DNA of 64,000 nucleotides from an uncultured Anaerolinea sp. (GCA_964517905.1 CAZFDL010000001.1:294-64293), one strand, 5' to 3'. Shown: positions 1-10,478, counted from the first letter of the stretch. The notes: generated by a model not told the origin, from the sequence alone. Numbers and translations: made by a program.

Positions 1-15
1 TGCACAATAACGACA

Positions 16-80
16 TGACATGCTCAGCGAAAAGAGGCATCCCTGCGCAAATGAGATTCTCCACTCCGCTCAGTGTGACA
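16..80. repeat. Degenerate REP-like inverted repeat
   Basis: TGACATGCTCAGCG...GAGATTCTCCACTCCGCTCAGTGTGACA resembles, from memory, the TGTCATxCTGAGCG...GAGATTCTTCGC..CGCTCAGAATGACA intergenic repeat type; arms imperfect. Confidence 0.35.
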
Positions 81-247
81 TGAGTAAGGTATTATCGCGA
101 CAAGTATAAAGAAAAGCGGGAAAAACTCTGCGAATACTCTTTACATGAGCCACTCCCCATCGCTTGGGCGGTCTTGCGGCACCGACTCTTGCTCTCGAAG
201 CAGGCAAAGGATTGGTCAGATAAGGCTGTGGTTTATTCAGGATTGCC

Positions 248-991
248 CTAATGCCTCAATATTTGCGAAAGGAATAATTTCGTTCTATCTTCCTTGGGGT
301 TATTGAAGATTTGCTCCGGGGTACCTTGCTCCACGATCTCGCCGTTATCGAAAAACATCATACGATCTGCAACCGCGCGGGCAAAACCCATCTCATGCGT
401 CACCGCGAGGATCGTCATGCCAGACCTTGCCAGCTCCACCATCACATCCAGCACTTCCTTGATCATTTCGGGGTCGAGCGCGGAGGTCGGTTCATCGAAG
501 AGCATGATCTTCGGTTGCATCGCCAGCGATCTTGCGATTGCGACCCGCTGTTGCTGTCCGCCGGATAGTTGACCGGGAAATTTATGCGCCTGCTCCGGGA
601 TGCCCACGCGTTCGAGCAGTTGCATGGCAACCTCTTCCGCCTTCTGTTTAGTCCACTTCCGGACTTGAATCGGCGCAAGCACAATGTTTTGCATAACCGT
701 CAGATGCGGGAACAAGTTAAACTGCTGAAAGACCATCCCCATCTCCATGCGGATCTGCTCGATGTTGCGCACATCATGGCTCAATTCGATGCCGTCCACC
801 ACGATCTGTCCGCGTTGATGTTCTTCAAGGCGGTTGAGTGTCCGAATGAACGTGGATTTTCCCGACCCCGAAGGACCAAAGATCACGATCACCTCGCGTC
901 GCTTCACTTCCATGTTAATGCCTTTCAAGGCGTGGAAATTCCCATACCACTTGTGAACATCCTGCACTTTGATGATCGGTTCGTCTGTCAT
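248..991 (-). CDS. aapP: Amino-acid ABC transporter ATP-binding subunit (AapP/GlnQ-like)
   Basis: Walker [17 protein letters not shown] signature, [10 protein letters not shown]; start moved to ATG at 991, which has an AGAGGA RBS. Confidence 0.9.
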   Translation of the reverse strand: MTDEPIIKVQDVHKWYGNFHALKGINMEVKRREVIVIFGPSGSGKSTFIRTLNRLEEHQRGQIVVDGIELSHDVRNIEQIRMEMGMVFQQFNLFPHLTVMQNIVLAPIQVRKWTKQKAEEVAMQLLERVGIPEQAHKFPGQLSGGQQQRVAIARSLAMQPKIMLFDEPTSALDPEMIKEVLDVMVELARSGMTILAVTHEMGFARAVADRMMFFDNGEIVEQGTPEQIFNNPKEDRTKLFLSQILRH

Positions 992-1011
992 AACCTTAAA
1001 TCCTCTCACAC

Positions 1012-2211
1012 CTATCGTATACCGACGCCCAGCCGCTCTTCCAACCGCTGGCTTAGGTAGGACATTCCGTAACTCAACACCCAAAATATCAACGAAATAA
1101 AAACATAAACTTCGCGCTGTAAGCCCAAAAACTCCGGCTGGGCGAGCACAGTCTTTGCGATACCCACCAGATCGAGCAAACCAACGATTGCCACCAACGA
1201 GGTGTCTTTGAACACTGCGATAAACTGCCCTACAAGAATCGGGATGACCAGTCTAAGGGCCTGCGGCAGGATGATGAAAAACATGGTCTGTGCGCCGTTC
1301 AGACCCAACGCCTCAGCCGCTTCAAACTGACCTCTCGGAATGGCTTGCAACCCGCCACGTACGTTCTCTGCCAGATACGCTGCGCTGAATAAAGTAATGC
1401 CAACCATGGCGCGAATCACGCGGTCCACGGTCCAACCGGTGGGCAAAAAGAGAGGCAGCATCAACTGCGCCATGAACAAGATCGTGATGAGAGGAACTCC
1501 GCGCACTACCTCGATGTAGACAATACTGAACCATCGGATGATCGGCAATTCCGAGCGGCGTCCCAATGCCAGCAGCACGCCGATCGGGAACGAGAACATG
1601 ATGCCGACGACCGTGAGCAGGAAGGTGAGTAACAACCCTCCCCACAGGTTTGTCCGTACGATCGGGACAATGCTGGCTTCGGATTCGGAGAGTCCGTACG
1701 TGAGCAGTACGATGATGGGCAGTGAGATCACCCATCCGGCGATGACGCTTCTTTTCAGGATTTCGGGGCGGACGCGGCCGATTCCCCAACCGGCGAACCC
1801 CGCTAAAGTTAACAGGATCAACGCCGCGCGCGGCTCATCCCCGAAAGGAAATAAGAAGGCAAGCAGGGCCGGTATCAACAAGATCACGAATGCGAAGCGC
1901 GCGCCCCTCGCCCAGATTGCCAGTGAATTGCCCGAAAGAAATATCAGAAATCCGAGCCACAGCCACAACCTACCGGACTGCTCAATGGGATATTGACCGA
2001 TGAACAATAGCCGCGCATTGACGATAATCACATCCCATTCGGCGACCGCCAATACCCAGTTGAGAAATCCCCCCACCGCCCAATAGGTGATCGATGCGCC
2101 GATCAGGGTAAACAACGCGTCGTACCATGAACCGAACAGGTTTTTGCGCATCCAACGCAGAATATTGGAACGCTCCGTCACAGGCGGCAGGATGGTCGCG
2201 GAATGGGACAA
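1012..2211 (-). CDS. aapM: Amino-acid ABC transporter permease (AapM-like)
   Basis: Multi-TM; WGGLLLT, RGVPLIT and EAA loop ([12 protein letters not shown]); TTG start. Confidence 0.85.
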   Translation of the reverse strand: MSHSATILPPVTERSNILRWMRKNLFGSWYDALFTLIGASITYWAVGGFLNWVLAVAEWDVIIVNARLLFIGQYPIEQSGRLWLWLGFLIFLSGNSLAIWARGARFAFVILLIPALLAFLFPFGDEPRAALILLTLAGFAGWGIGRVRPEILKRSVIAGWVISLPIIVLLTYGLSESEASIVPIVRTNLWGGLLLTFLLTVVGIMFSFPIGVLLALGRRSELPIIRWFSIVYIEVVRGVPLITILFMAQLMLPLFLPTGWTVDRVIRAMVGITLFSAAYLAENVRGGLQAIPRGQFEAAEALGLNGAQTMFFIILPQALRLVIPILVGQFIAVFKDTSLVAIVGLLDLVGIAKTVLAQPEFLGLQREVYVFISLIFWVLSYGMSYLSQRLEERLGVGIR

Positions 2212-2212
2212 C

Positions 2213-3388
2213 TTATCGCTCCACCAGTCGGATACGCTGGTTATACCAATTCATCAACACGGAGGTGATCAGGCTGAGACTCAAATAGGTCGCCATCACC
2301 AAGAAGATCATTTCCACTGCGCGCCCCGTTTGATTCTGAATCGTGTTGGATATATAAAAAACATCCGGGTATCCAACGGCAATGGCGAGAGATGAATTCT
2401 TGACGAGATTCAAATATTGACTGGTCAACGGCGGGATTATGACCCTCAACGCCTGAGGAAAGACGATCAGGCGCAGGGTCTGAAAACCGTTCAAACCTAA
2501 TGCGCGTGATGCCTCCACCTGACCTCTGGAAACAGATTGAATGCCAGCGCGCACAACTTCACCGATAAACGCGGCAGTATATAAGACCAGACCCGATGTC
2601 AATGCCATGAATTCGGGGGGGAGAATTTTTCCCCCAGCCATGTTCAAACCCTGCACGGCTGGCAGATCGGGTGTAAGCGGCTTTTCAGGGAGGACGAACC
2701 AGCCGATCAAACCAACGATTATGAACGTGAGAATGCTCCACAATAGAGTCAAAGGTGCGCGGCCGGTACGTTTGCTGTACGCACGTAAGGCAAGGAAAAC
2801 GATCACAGCGAGTATCAAGCCAACAGTCAGAATCAGTTGAAATGTCGGATAGGATGCGGTTGGTATTCCCCACGGAACGCCCACGCCGCGATTCGTCAGG
2901 ATGATATCGCCGGGCCAAATTACCGCCTCACGTACTCGTGGAAGTTTAAGAAATACGCCCAGATACCAAAATATCAGGAATACAAGCAGGGATAAGTTTC
3001 GAATAAGTTCAAGGTAGAAAGATGCAAGGCGGTTGATGATGAAGTTGGTAGAGAGCCGGGCGACGCCCAGAATCACGCCGAACAGTGTGGAAAAAATGAT
3101 GCCCACAATGGCGACCGACAGGGTGTTGAATAATCCGGCGAGAAACGCCTCTCGGTAGGTGGAATTACGATCGTAGGGGAAAACGGATATTGCCAAATCG
3201 AAACCGGAAACCCCGTTGATAAAGTCGAAACTGAGAGTTATACCCTGCCGGGCCAGCCCCGCCTGCATGTTTTGATAGATCAGCAATCCAACGAAAACAA
3301 CGATCAGCACGAAGATGATTTGTCCGGTGATCTTGATGACGCGTTCATCCCGCCAAAGCGGTATGTTAGGTTGCGGATCGCGTTGCAT
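2213..3388 (-). CDS. aapQ: Amino-acid ABC transporter permease (AapQ-like)
   Basis: Multi-TM; GVARLSTN, EAA loop GQVEASRALGL, IIPPLTSQYLNLVKNSSLAIAVGYPD. Confidence 0.85.
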   Translation of the reverse strand: MQRDPQPNIPLWRDERVIKITGQIIFVLIVVFVGLLIYQNMQAGLARQGITLSFDFINGVSGFDLAISVFPYDRNSTYREAFLAGLFNTLSVAIVGIIFSTLFGVILGVARLSTNFIINRLASFYLELIRNLSLLVFLIFWYLGVFLKLPRVREAVIWPGDIILTNRGVGVPWGIPTASYPTFQLILTVGLILAVIVFLALRAYSKRTGRAPLTLLWSILTFIIVGLIGWFVLPEKPLTPDLPAVQGLNMAGGKILPPEFMALTSGLVLYTAAFIGEVVRAGIQSVSRGQVEASRALGLNGFQTLRLIVFPQALRVIIPPLTSQYLNLVKNSSLAIAVGYPDVFYISNTIQNQTGRAVEMIFLVMATYLSLSLITSVLMNWYNQRIRLVER

Positions 3389-3408
3389 GGAGAATCGTTA
3401 CATGAATT

Positions 3409-3440
3409 TCATGGGTGGGGAGATATCTCCCCACCCATGA
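3409..3440. terminator. Perfect 32-bp palindrome downstream of the binding-protein gene (stabilising hairpin or partial terminator)
   Basis: TCATGGGTGGGGAGATATCTCCCCACCCATGA is its own reverse complement. Confidence 0.6.
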
Positions 3441-3460
3441 TGGAGTAAAGCTCGGAAGGT

Positions 3461-4585
3461 CTAGCGGAAAGGCGGGGCGTAGAGCAAGCCGCCATCGGTG
3501 TAGAGGCTGTTCAAACCACGCGGGATGTAGGTCGGGGTATCAGGGCCCAGGTTGCGGTTATACACTTCCTCATAATTACCGACAAACTTGAGGACGTTAT
3601 ACGCGAAGTCGTTGGTGAGGCCCAATTTCAAGCCGAGATCGCCCTCCAACCCGAGCAGGCGCCTGACTTCAGGAGCAGTGGCACTGGCTTTCATGTCATC
3701 CACATTGGTGGAGGTGATGCCGAATTCTTCGCCGGAGATCAATGTAAAGACCGTCCATTGTGCGATGTCGAACCATTGATCGTCGCCGTGGCGGACCAAC
3801 GGACCGAGCGGCTCCTTTGACAGGGTGACATCCAAAATCACATGAGCCGAGGGATCGGCAAGCACCGTGCGGCGCGAGGTCAACCCGGATTTATCGGTCG
3901 TTACTGCATCACAGCGGTCTTCGGCATACGCGGCAAAGGTGGAATCGGCATCTTCAAACGGGCCACCGACCGTATAGGAAATGCCTCGCGCGGCCATTAC
4001 GTCAGCAAGGTTCAGTTCGGTGGTGGTGCCGGTTTGCACGCAGATCGTTCCGCCTTCCAGGTCCTCCAAAGTGGTAATCCCGCTGTCTGCGGGAACCATC
4101 ATGCCTTGCCCATCATAGAAGGTGGTGTGTACGAAGTTGTTTCCAAGTTCGGTATCACGGACCAGCGACCAGGTTGTATTCCGGCTGAGAATATCGATTT
4201 CACCGGATTGCAACGCCGTAAACCGTTCTGCAGCGGTCACGGGACGAAATTCCACTTTGTCAGGGTCGCCAAAAATCGCGGCGGCGACGGCGCGGCAATA
4301 GTCAACGTCGAATCCGGAGTAACTGCCATCGGCACCGACATAACCAAAACCGGGAACTTGAGAGTTCACACCGCAGATCAAGGTTCCTCGTGCCTGGACG
4401 GTTTTAAGCGTCACGCCGAATCCTGTCGGCGCAACAACGACAGGCGCAGAGGATGTCACCTCTACAACTACCGTTTCAATCACAGTCACGGTTTCGACAC
4501 CTGGCGGCGGCACGGAAGGCGCGCAAGCCGACATGATCAGGCCGGCTGCTACCATCAAACCGAACGGCAAGATTTGTTTTCTCAT
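3461..4585 (-). CDS. aapJ: Amino-acid ABC transporter substrate-binding lipoprotein (AapJ-like)
   Basis: Lipobox-like MSAC; RGTLICGV, GFDVDYCRAVAAAIFGD, RFTALQSGEIDILSRNTTW, SKEPLGP, GGLLYAPPFR. Confidence 0.9.
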   Translation of the reverse strand: MRKQILPFGLMVAAGLIMSACAPSVPPPGVETVTVIETVVVEVTSSAPVVVAPTGFGVTLKTVQARGTLICGVNSQVPGFGYVGADGSYSGFDVDYCRAVAAAIFGDPDKVEFRPVTAAERFTALQSGEIDILSRNTTWSLVRDTELGNNFVHTTFYDGQGMMVPADSGITTLEDLEGGTICVQTGTTTELNLADVMAARGISYTVGGPFEDADSTFAAYAEDRCDAVTTDKSGLTSRRTVLADPSAHVILDVTLSKEPLGPLVRHGDDQWFDIAQWTVFTLISGEEFGITSTNVDDMKASATAPEVRRLLGLEGDLGLKLGLTNDFAYNVLKFVGNYEEVYNRNLGPDTPTYIPRGLNSLYTDGGLLYAPPFR

Positions 4586-4717
4586 TTTCTACTCCTTGGG
4601 TGGATCTAAGGGTCGATTATTGTGCTTTCAGCGATTGATACGTCCATTTTTCCGTCCGCTACACCTCCTTTCCTCCTTTGGGGTTATATAGACCGGCAGT
4701 TCAGGGAACTTGCCGCA

Positions 4718-4745
4718 ATTATACGGCACAACACCTCAGTGTCAA
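4718..4745 (-). promoter_or_regulatory. Sigma70-type promoter for the aap operon
   Basis: TTGACA (4745-4740), 16 bp spacer, TATAAT (4723-4718) on the minus strand. Confidence 0.55.
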
Positions 4746-4750
4746 CATGA

Positions 4751-4780
4751 TTGAACTGCCGCCGTGTTTTTCAGTATAAT
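4751..4780 (+). promoter_or_regulatory. Sigma70-type promoter for the kinase/dehydrogenase operon
   Basis: TTGAAC, 18 bp spacer, TATAAT. Confidence 0.55.
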
Positions 4781-4819
4781 CCACCAAGCTCACGTCAATC
4801 GGGAGATCGATGAACCATC

Positions 4820-5716
4820 ATGGATATTCAAACAATTCTACGACGTGTTCCGCAGTTTGCTTCCGCCAAGTCAATCGAGGTGACGGAACTGACAGGCGGT
4901 ATTACAAACAAGAACTACAAGATCACCGCGGATGGAGAATCTTTCGTCCTGCGCATGGGCGGCAATGAGACAAAGTTCCTTGGCATTGACCGTAGGGTGG
5001 AATACGAATGCTCCCGCCTCGCCGCGCAAATTGAGATCGCCCCGGAACCCACCGCATTTCTCGAACCCGAGGGATACATCGTAGCAAGGTTTATTTCGGG
5101 TAAAGGTATCCCTGCGGAGGAAATCGGAACGGAAGAAAATATCAAGCGTGTGCTTGAATCCATGAAAGCCTATCACGCCCTCGAGAAATTCCCGGGCTTC
5201 TTTTCTCCTTTCCGAGTCGCGGAAGATTACGCCAAGACTGCGCGCAGTTTCAATGTACAATTGCCCCCGAAAATGGAATGGTATCTCGAACGGTCGGGCG
5301 AGATCGAAAAGGCGATGTATGCGCGCGAGCCTCTGCAACTCCGTCCCTGCCATAACGACCTGCTCAACGGCAACTTCGTCGACGATGGGAAGCGCATCCG
5401 TATTTTGGATTGGGAATATGCGGGAATGGGTGATATTTTCTTCGACCTCGGCAACTTCGCGATTCAGCACGAGTTCAACGCTGAGCAGGATGAAATCTTG
5501 TTGAAGGCGTATTTTGGCAATCCCACAGTTTCTCAACGCGCACATCAAAAACTGATGAAGGTCATGTCTGATCTTCGTGAGGCGATGTGGGCACAAGTAC
5601 AGATCGGCGTGTCGCAATTGGAATTTGATTATGAAGGGTATGGGAGGAAATATTTTGATCGTTTTGAAGCGGGTACGACGGGAAGCGATTACAACAATTG
5701 GCTACGCGCCGTGTAA
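4820..5716 (+). CDS. Choline/ethanolamine kinase family phosphotransferase
   Basis: GGITNKNY, Brenner motif CHNDL, ILDWEYA motif. Confidence 0.85.
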   Translation: MDIQTILRRVPQFASAKSIEVTELTGGITNKNYKITADGESFVLRMGGNETKFLGIDRRVEYECSRLAAQIEIAPEPTAFLEPEGYIVARFISGKGIPAEEIGTEENIKRVLESMKAYHALEKFPGFFSPFRVAEDYAKTARSFNVQLPPKMEWYLERSGEIEKAMYAREPLQLRPCHNDLLNGNFVDDGKRIRILDWEYAGMGDIFFDLGNFAIQHEFNAEQDEILLKAYFGNPTVSQRAHQKLMKVMSDLREAMWAQVQIGVSQLEFDYEGYGRKYFDRFEAGTTGSDYNNWLRAV

Positions 5717-5742
5717 CAATAAAACAAATTGGAGACGTAAAA

Positions 5743-8181
5743 ATGGATATTCCGCAACACGTACAGGCAGTCATCATTGGCGGAGGAGTCGGCGGGGCAA
5801 GTATTGCTTATCATCTCACCCAAATGGGATGGAAAGACATTGTCGTCATCGAACGGCACGAGTTGACCAGTGGCTCAACGTTTCACTCCGCCGGTTTGGT
5901 TGGGCAGCTGCGGACGTCCTCCAGCCTCACCAAGATGATGCGTTACAGCACAGACTTATATCGCAAACTCAAAGATCTCACCGGCGTCGACCCCGGGTGG
6001 GATGAAGTTGGCAGTCTTCGAATTGCCTCCTCCGATGCGCGCCTCGAAGAACTCAAGCGCGTGGTCGGGTATTCCAGGGCTTTTGGAATGCCGCTCGAAA
6101 TCATTTCGCCAAAAGAGTGTCAGGAACTATTTCCTTTGATGTCGCTGGCGGATGTCAAGGGCGGAGTCCACCTCCCCACCGATGGGCAGATCGACCCGAC
6201 AGGATTGACGAACGCACTCGCCGCGGGCGCGAAGAGTCGCGGGGCAAAGTTCATGCTCAACACACGGGTCACGGGAATCACTGTCAGCAACAATGAAGTC
6301 AAAGAGGTAGAGACAGACAAAGGCACGATCAAGACCGACGTTGTCGTCAACGCGGCGGGGCTATGGGGAAACGATATCGCATCCATGGTCGGTATTACGT
6401 TGCCCATCATCCCCATGGCGCATCTGTATCTTCTCACCAAACCAGTCAAGGATCAGCCGCAGACAATGCCGACGATGCGTGACCCCGACAATCTTGTTTA
6501 TTTTCGCGGTAGTGACAGCGGCATGGTGGCGGGCGGTTATGAACGGCAACCAATGCCATGGGGGCTCGATGGCGTGCCGCAGGATTGGAATTTCAAATTG
6601 CTCGAGCCCGATTGGGATCGCTTCACGCCATTAATGGAAAATATCATCAAGCGTGTGCCCGCGATGGAAAGTGTTGAAATCGCGCAGCTCCTCAACGGTC
6701 CAGAAGGTTTCACACCTGATTCAGAATTTCTGTTGGGCCCCACTTCCGTGCGTGGATTTTGGGTGGCATGCGCGTTCTGCGCACATGGTATTGCAGGCGC
6801 GGGCGGTATCGGCAAGGCAATGGCAGAGTGGATCATTGACGGTCATCCTGAATGGGATATGTGGAAACTCGATGTGCGCCGGTTTGGGAATCAGTACGGG
6901 AGCCAATCCTTCACGCTGGCGCGCACGATCGAGACCTACGCAAAATACTACGATATCCACATGCCTTCCGAAGAACGTGAGTCTGCAAGACCGTTACGCA
7001 TCTCGCCCGCGTATCGAAGCGTGAAGGAACTTGGCGCGGTCTTCGGCGAAAAAGGCGGATGGGAAAGACCGAATTGGTTCACACTCAACGAAAAGGATTC
7101 CCGCGCCGCTTCGGTCCCGGACCTTTCGGGTTGGGCGCGTGATAATTGGTCGCCTGCCATCGCCGCAGAGACCCGCGCCACGCGGGAGGCTGCAGGACTC
7201 TTTGATGAAACCTCGTTTTCCAAGATCGAAGTGCAGGGGCCAGGTGCGTTGGCGTTTCTGCAACGTCTCTGTTCGAACGATATTGATAAACCCATCGGTA
7301 CAGTGACATACACGCAGATGCTCAACGCGCGCGGAGGCATCGAGTGCGATTTCACAGTCTCCAGACTCGCGTCCGACAAATTCATGATCGTCACAGGGAC
7401 TGCTTTCGGCACGCACGATATGACCCACCTGCGAAGATACATGCCGCTGGATGGGACTGTTTACGTCAATGACATCACCTCCGCGCGTACATGTTTCGGC
7501 CTGTGGGGTCCGCGTGCGCGTGACATATTGCAGTCTGTAACTCGAGATGACGTCTCGAACGACGCGTTCCCGTACATGACGGCAAGACAGATCACCATCG
7601 GGAACGTACCCACACTGGCGTTGCGCGTGACGTACGTAGGTGAACTCGGCTGGGAGTTTTACGCACCATCGGAATACGGCGAACAGTTGTGGGAGACACT
7701 GTGGACCGCCGGCAAACCCCTCGGCTTGGTCGCGGCGGGATACAAAGCCATCGAGTCGCTGAGGCTTGAAAAGGGGTATCGCTACTGGAGCGCGGACATC
7801 ACGCCCGATTACACTCCCTATGAGGCCGGGCTGGGATTTGCTGTGTCACTGAACAAGAGCGTTGAATTCTTCGGAAAGCAGTCGCTCCAAAAACAAAAAG
7901 CGGAAGGCATCAAACAAAAATTGTGCTGTCTCACACTCGATGATCCGAACACGATCGTTTTCGGGAGCGAACCCATTCGTTCCGATGGAAAGGTTGTCGG
8001 CTGGGTCACGTCCGGCGGGTTTGGCTACTCGATCAACAAATCCATTGCGTACTCATACCTGCCTGTGGAGCTCGCAAAGCCGGGCACACGCGTCACCGTG
8101 GAATGCTTCGGCGTCGAGATCCAGGCCGAAATTCAGAAGGAACCGTTGTACGATCCGAAGGGTGAGAAGATCAAGGCATGA
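5743..8181 (+). CDS. GcvT-family FAD-dependent oxidoreductase (dimethylglycine/sarcosine dehydrogenase-like)
   Basis: IIGGGVGG FAD site, GSTFHSAG, NGPEGFTPD, GWERPNWF, C-terminal GcvT domain (TYVGELGWE, SLRLEKGY); ATG at 5743 after GGAG. Confidence 0.9.
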   Translation: MDIPQHVQAVIIGGGVGGASIAYHLTQMGWKDIVVIERHELTSGSTFHSAGLVGQLRTSSSLTKMMRYSTDLYRKLKDLTGVDPGWDEVGSLRIASSDARLEELKRVVGYSRAFGMPLEIISPKECQELFPLMSLADVKGGVHLPTDGQIDPTGLTNALAAGAKSRGAKFMLNTRVTGITVSNNEVKEVETDKGTIKTDVVVNAAGLWGNDIASMVGITLPIIPMAHLYLLTKPVKDQPQTMPTMRDPDNLVYFRGSDSGMVAGGYERQPMPWGLDGVPQDWNFKLLEPDWDRFTPLMENIIKRVPAMESVEIAQLLNGPEGFTPDSEFLLGPTSVRGFWVACAFCAHGIAGAGGIGKAMAEWIIDGHPEWDMWKLDVRRFGNQYGSQSFTLARTIETYAKYYDIHMPSEERESARPLRISPAYRSVKELGAVFGEKGGWERPNWFTLNEKDSRAASVPDLSGWARDNWSPAIAAETRATREAAGLFDETSFSKIEVQGPGALAFLQRLCSNDIDKPIGTVTYTQMLNARGGIECDFTVSRLASDKFMIVTGTAFGTHDMTHLRRYMPLDGTVYVNDITSARTCFGLWGPRARDILQSVTRDDVSNDAFPYMTARQITIGNVPTLALRVTYVGELGWEFYAPSEYGEQLWETLWTAGKPLGLVAAGYKAIESLRLEKGYRYWSADITPDYTPYEAGLGFAVSLNKSVEFFGKQSLQKQKAEGIKQKLCCLTLDDPNTIVFGSEPIRSDGKVVGWVTSGGFGYSINKSIAYSYLPVELAKPGTRVTVECFGVEIQAEIQKEPLYDPKGEKIKA

Positions 8182-8792
8182 CTCCATCGATCAACGCCAT
8201 CATCTTTGACTTCGGCAACGTCCTGCTAACGTGGGATCCGAGATTCGTGTACCGTCGCTACTTTCCAAATGATGAAGCGGCGATGGAACGCTTTCTCAAC
8301 GAGATACGATTCATGGAGTGGAATGCAGAGCAGGATAAGGGCCGCCCGTTCAAGGAGGGCATTGCGATTCTCGCGCGTGAGTATCCGCATCGCGCGGAAT
8401 TGATTCGAGCCTATCACGATCATTGGCAGGAGTCCGTCGGCGAGGCAATCTCGGGTTCGGTTGATATTTTGAAGAGGCTGAAAGCCAGGGGGTACCCGTT
8501 ATACGGCCTGAGCAATTGGTCTGCAGAAACATTTCCGTTCGCATTATCAAAATACGATTTCTTTCACCTGTTCGAAAAGATAGTGATTTCAGGAGAGGTC
8601 GGCGTGGTAAAGCCTGATGCGGCAATTTACAAAGTGCTACTCGACAAAGTTGGAAAGCCCGCGCGCGAATGTCTATTCATTGATGACTCACGAGCCAACA
8701 TCGATCAGGCAGAGCGGCTGGGTTTTGTTACAATCCACTTCACTTCACCTGCCCAACTCGAAGATGAAATGAATCAATTGGGAATTCTTTAA
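8178..8792 (+). CDS. HAD family phosphatase
   Basis: FDFGNV, LSN, KPD and FIDD motifs; ATGA overlap with the upstream gene. Confidence 0.85.
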   Translation: MTPSINAIIFDFGNVLLTWDPRFVYRRYFPNDEAAMERFLNEIRFMEWNAEQDKGRPFKEGIAILAREYPHRAELIRAYHDHWQESVGEAISGSVDILKRLKARGYPLYGLSNWSAETFPFALSKYDFFHLFEKIVISGEVGVVKPDAAIYKVLLDKVGKPARECLFIDDSRANIDQAERLGFVTIHFTSPAQLEDEMNQLGIL

Positions 8793-8795
8793 CGG

Positions 8796-9797
8796 ATGGA
8801 CATCAAATCGCTTCTCCCCCACATCGAACTGGAACTCCAGCGTCAGGTTTCCCGCCTCGACGCGCCGCGTACCAAACCATTTCACGAGATGCTCAGCTAT
8901 CACATGGGCTGGACCGGTGATGGAGCAGGTCCCGAAGCGACAGGCAAACGGATTCGTCCGATTTTGGTATTGCTAACAACTGCATCCTGTGGCGCAGACT
9001 GGAGATTAGCGCTCCCTGCCGCCGCAGCGATCGAACTCGTGCACAATTTTTCGCTCGTTCACGATGACATTCAAGACAATTCACCCAAACGCCGCGGGCG
9101 GGATACAGCCTGGGTGAAATGGGGTGCGCCCATGGCGATCAACGTCGGTGACGCATTATTCGTGATGTCGAACCAGGCGATCCTTGACTTGAAAAACGAT
9201 TTTTCTCCAGATGTCGTAGTGAAAGCGGCGGAGATTCTTCACAACACCTGCCTTGAATTGACCCGTGGACAATTCCTGGATATGTCCTACGAGGAGCGAA
9301 ATGACCTGGGTGTGGAAGATTACTGGCCCATGATCGCCGGTAAGACTGCCGCGCTGATCTCGGCTTGCAGTCACCTCGGTGCATTACTCGGCGGAGCCGA
9401 TGAAGAGAAACAGGAAGTCTATCGTTCTTTTGGGCATTATCTAGGGCTCGCATTTCAAGTGCAGGACGATATTCTTGGCATCTGGGGAGACGAAAAAGTG
9501 ACAGGCAAGTCTGTTGCCAGCGATCTGGTGGAAGGAAAAAATTCGCTTCCCGTGCTGGCAGGATTGGATAAAAAAGGCAGGTTCGCAGAACGCTGGGCAG
9601 AGGGACCGATCCGGCCCGAGGAAGTCGGCCAAGTCGCACGGTTGCTCGCAAGTGAGGGTGGGCTGCTTATCGCACAAGAGTCCGCAAAACAGATGACCGA
9701 TCTGGCGCTGAGGAGTCTTCAAGAGGCTGATCCGGGCGGAGAGGCTGGCGACACGTTGTTTGAATTGGCGAAAAAATTGCTAAATCGGGATCAGTAG
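8796..9797 (+). CDS. Polyprenyl diphosphate synthase (GGPP synthase-like)
   Basis: GKRIRP, HNFSLVHDDIQD (FARM with aromatic residue at -5), RRG, GQFLD, KT, FQVQDD. Confidence 0.9.
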   Translation: MDIKSLLPHIELELQRQVSRLDAPRTKPFHEMLSYHMGWTGDGAGPEATGKRIRPILVLLTTASCGADWRLALPAAAAIELVHNFSLVHDDIQDNSPKRRGRDTAWVKWGAPMAINVGDALFVMSNQAILDLKNDFSPDVVVKAAEILHNTCLELTRGQFLDMSYEERNDLGVEDYWPMIAGKTAALISACSHLGALLGGADEEKQEVYRSFGHYLGLAFQVQDDILGIWGDEKVTGKSVASDLVEGKNSLPVLAGLDKKGRFAERWAEGPIRPEEVGQVARLLASEGGLLIAQESAKQMTDLALRSLQEADPGGEAGDTLFELAKKLLNRDQ

Positions 9798-9854
9798 TCC
9801 CCTGTTCGATATGTGTTCCCTGAATTCGATGCGGACACGTCGATAAAATTTGCA

Positions 9855-9884
9855 TTGACATACGCTCCTCCGCTGGCGTATAAT
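9855..9884 (+). promoter_or_regulatory. Consensus sigma70 promoter of tRNA-Gly
   Basis: TTGACA, 18 bp spacer, TATAAT, ending 11 nt upstream of the tRNA. Confidence 0.8.
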
Positions 9885-9895
9885 TTTGCCAGTAA

Positions 9896-9967
9896 GCGGG
9901 TGTAGTTCAGTGGTAGAACGCTTGCTTCCCAAGCAAGATATCGTGGGTTCGAGTCCCATCACCCGCT
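9896..9967 (+). tRNA. tRNA-Gly (anticodon CCC); 3' CCA not encoded
   Basis: Acceptor GCGGGTG/CACCCGC, D arm GTTC/GAAC, anticodon arm CTTGC-TTCCCAA-GCAAG, T loop TTCGAGT. Confidence 0.97.
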
Positions 9968-9975
9968 CAGGTTGG

Positions 9976-10008
9976 AAAATGTCGAGGAGAACTTTCCTCG
10001 ACATTTTT
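9976..10008 (+). terminator. Intrinsic terminator after tRNA-Gly
   Basis: AAAATGTCGAGGA/TCCTCGACATTTT stem with T tract. Confidence 0.85.
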
Positions 10009-10085
10009 GTTGGCCAATTTGCAAGGTGACTGTCATGCGCTCCCCCAAGGGTAATATGTACAATCTGTCTTGAGGTAACTCAGGA

Positions 10086-10478
10086 ATGACCCCGAGCTCT
10101 AAAGGCACCATCTTATATGTGGAGGACAACCCCGAGAATCGGATGCTTGTCCGACGCGTCTTGAACGCGGAGGATTACGCATTGCACGAAGCCACGAACG
10201 CCGGCCAGGCGTTGGATCTTTTGCGCTCCAGCCAGCCCGATCTGATTCTCATGGACATCAACATGCCCGATATGGACGGGTATACGCTGACCGCGCAGAT
10301 CAAAGCGATGCCCGGGTTCGAACGAATTCCCATCATTGCCATCACTGCCAACGTCATGCGGGGTGACCGCGAAAAAACGCTGGAGGCAGGTTGCGATGGC
10401 TACATCCAAAAACCGATCGATATCGACCATTTAACACGTGAAATCGAAAAATTCCTGGCGAGGAGAACCAATGCCTGA
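10086..10478 (+). CDS. Single-domain response regulator (DivK/CheY-like)
   Basis: YVEDN, LILMDINMP, TAN, YIQKP; GAGG RBS. Confidence 0.92.
   Translation: MTPSSKGTILYVEDNPENRMLVRRVLNAEDYALHEATNAGQALDLLRSSQPDLILMDINMPDMDGYTLTAQIKAMPGFERIPIIAITANVMRGDREKTLEAGCDGYIQKPIDIDHLTREIEKFLARRTNA

Noticed and set aside
9780..10004. 74-aa minus-strand ORF
   Set aside because: Antisense shadow of tRNA-Gly
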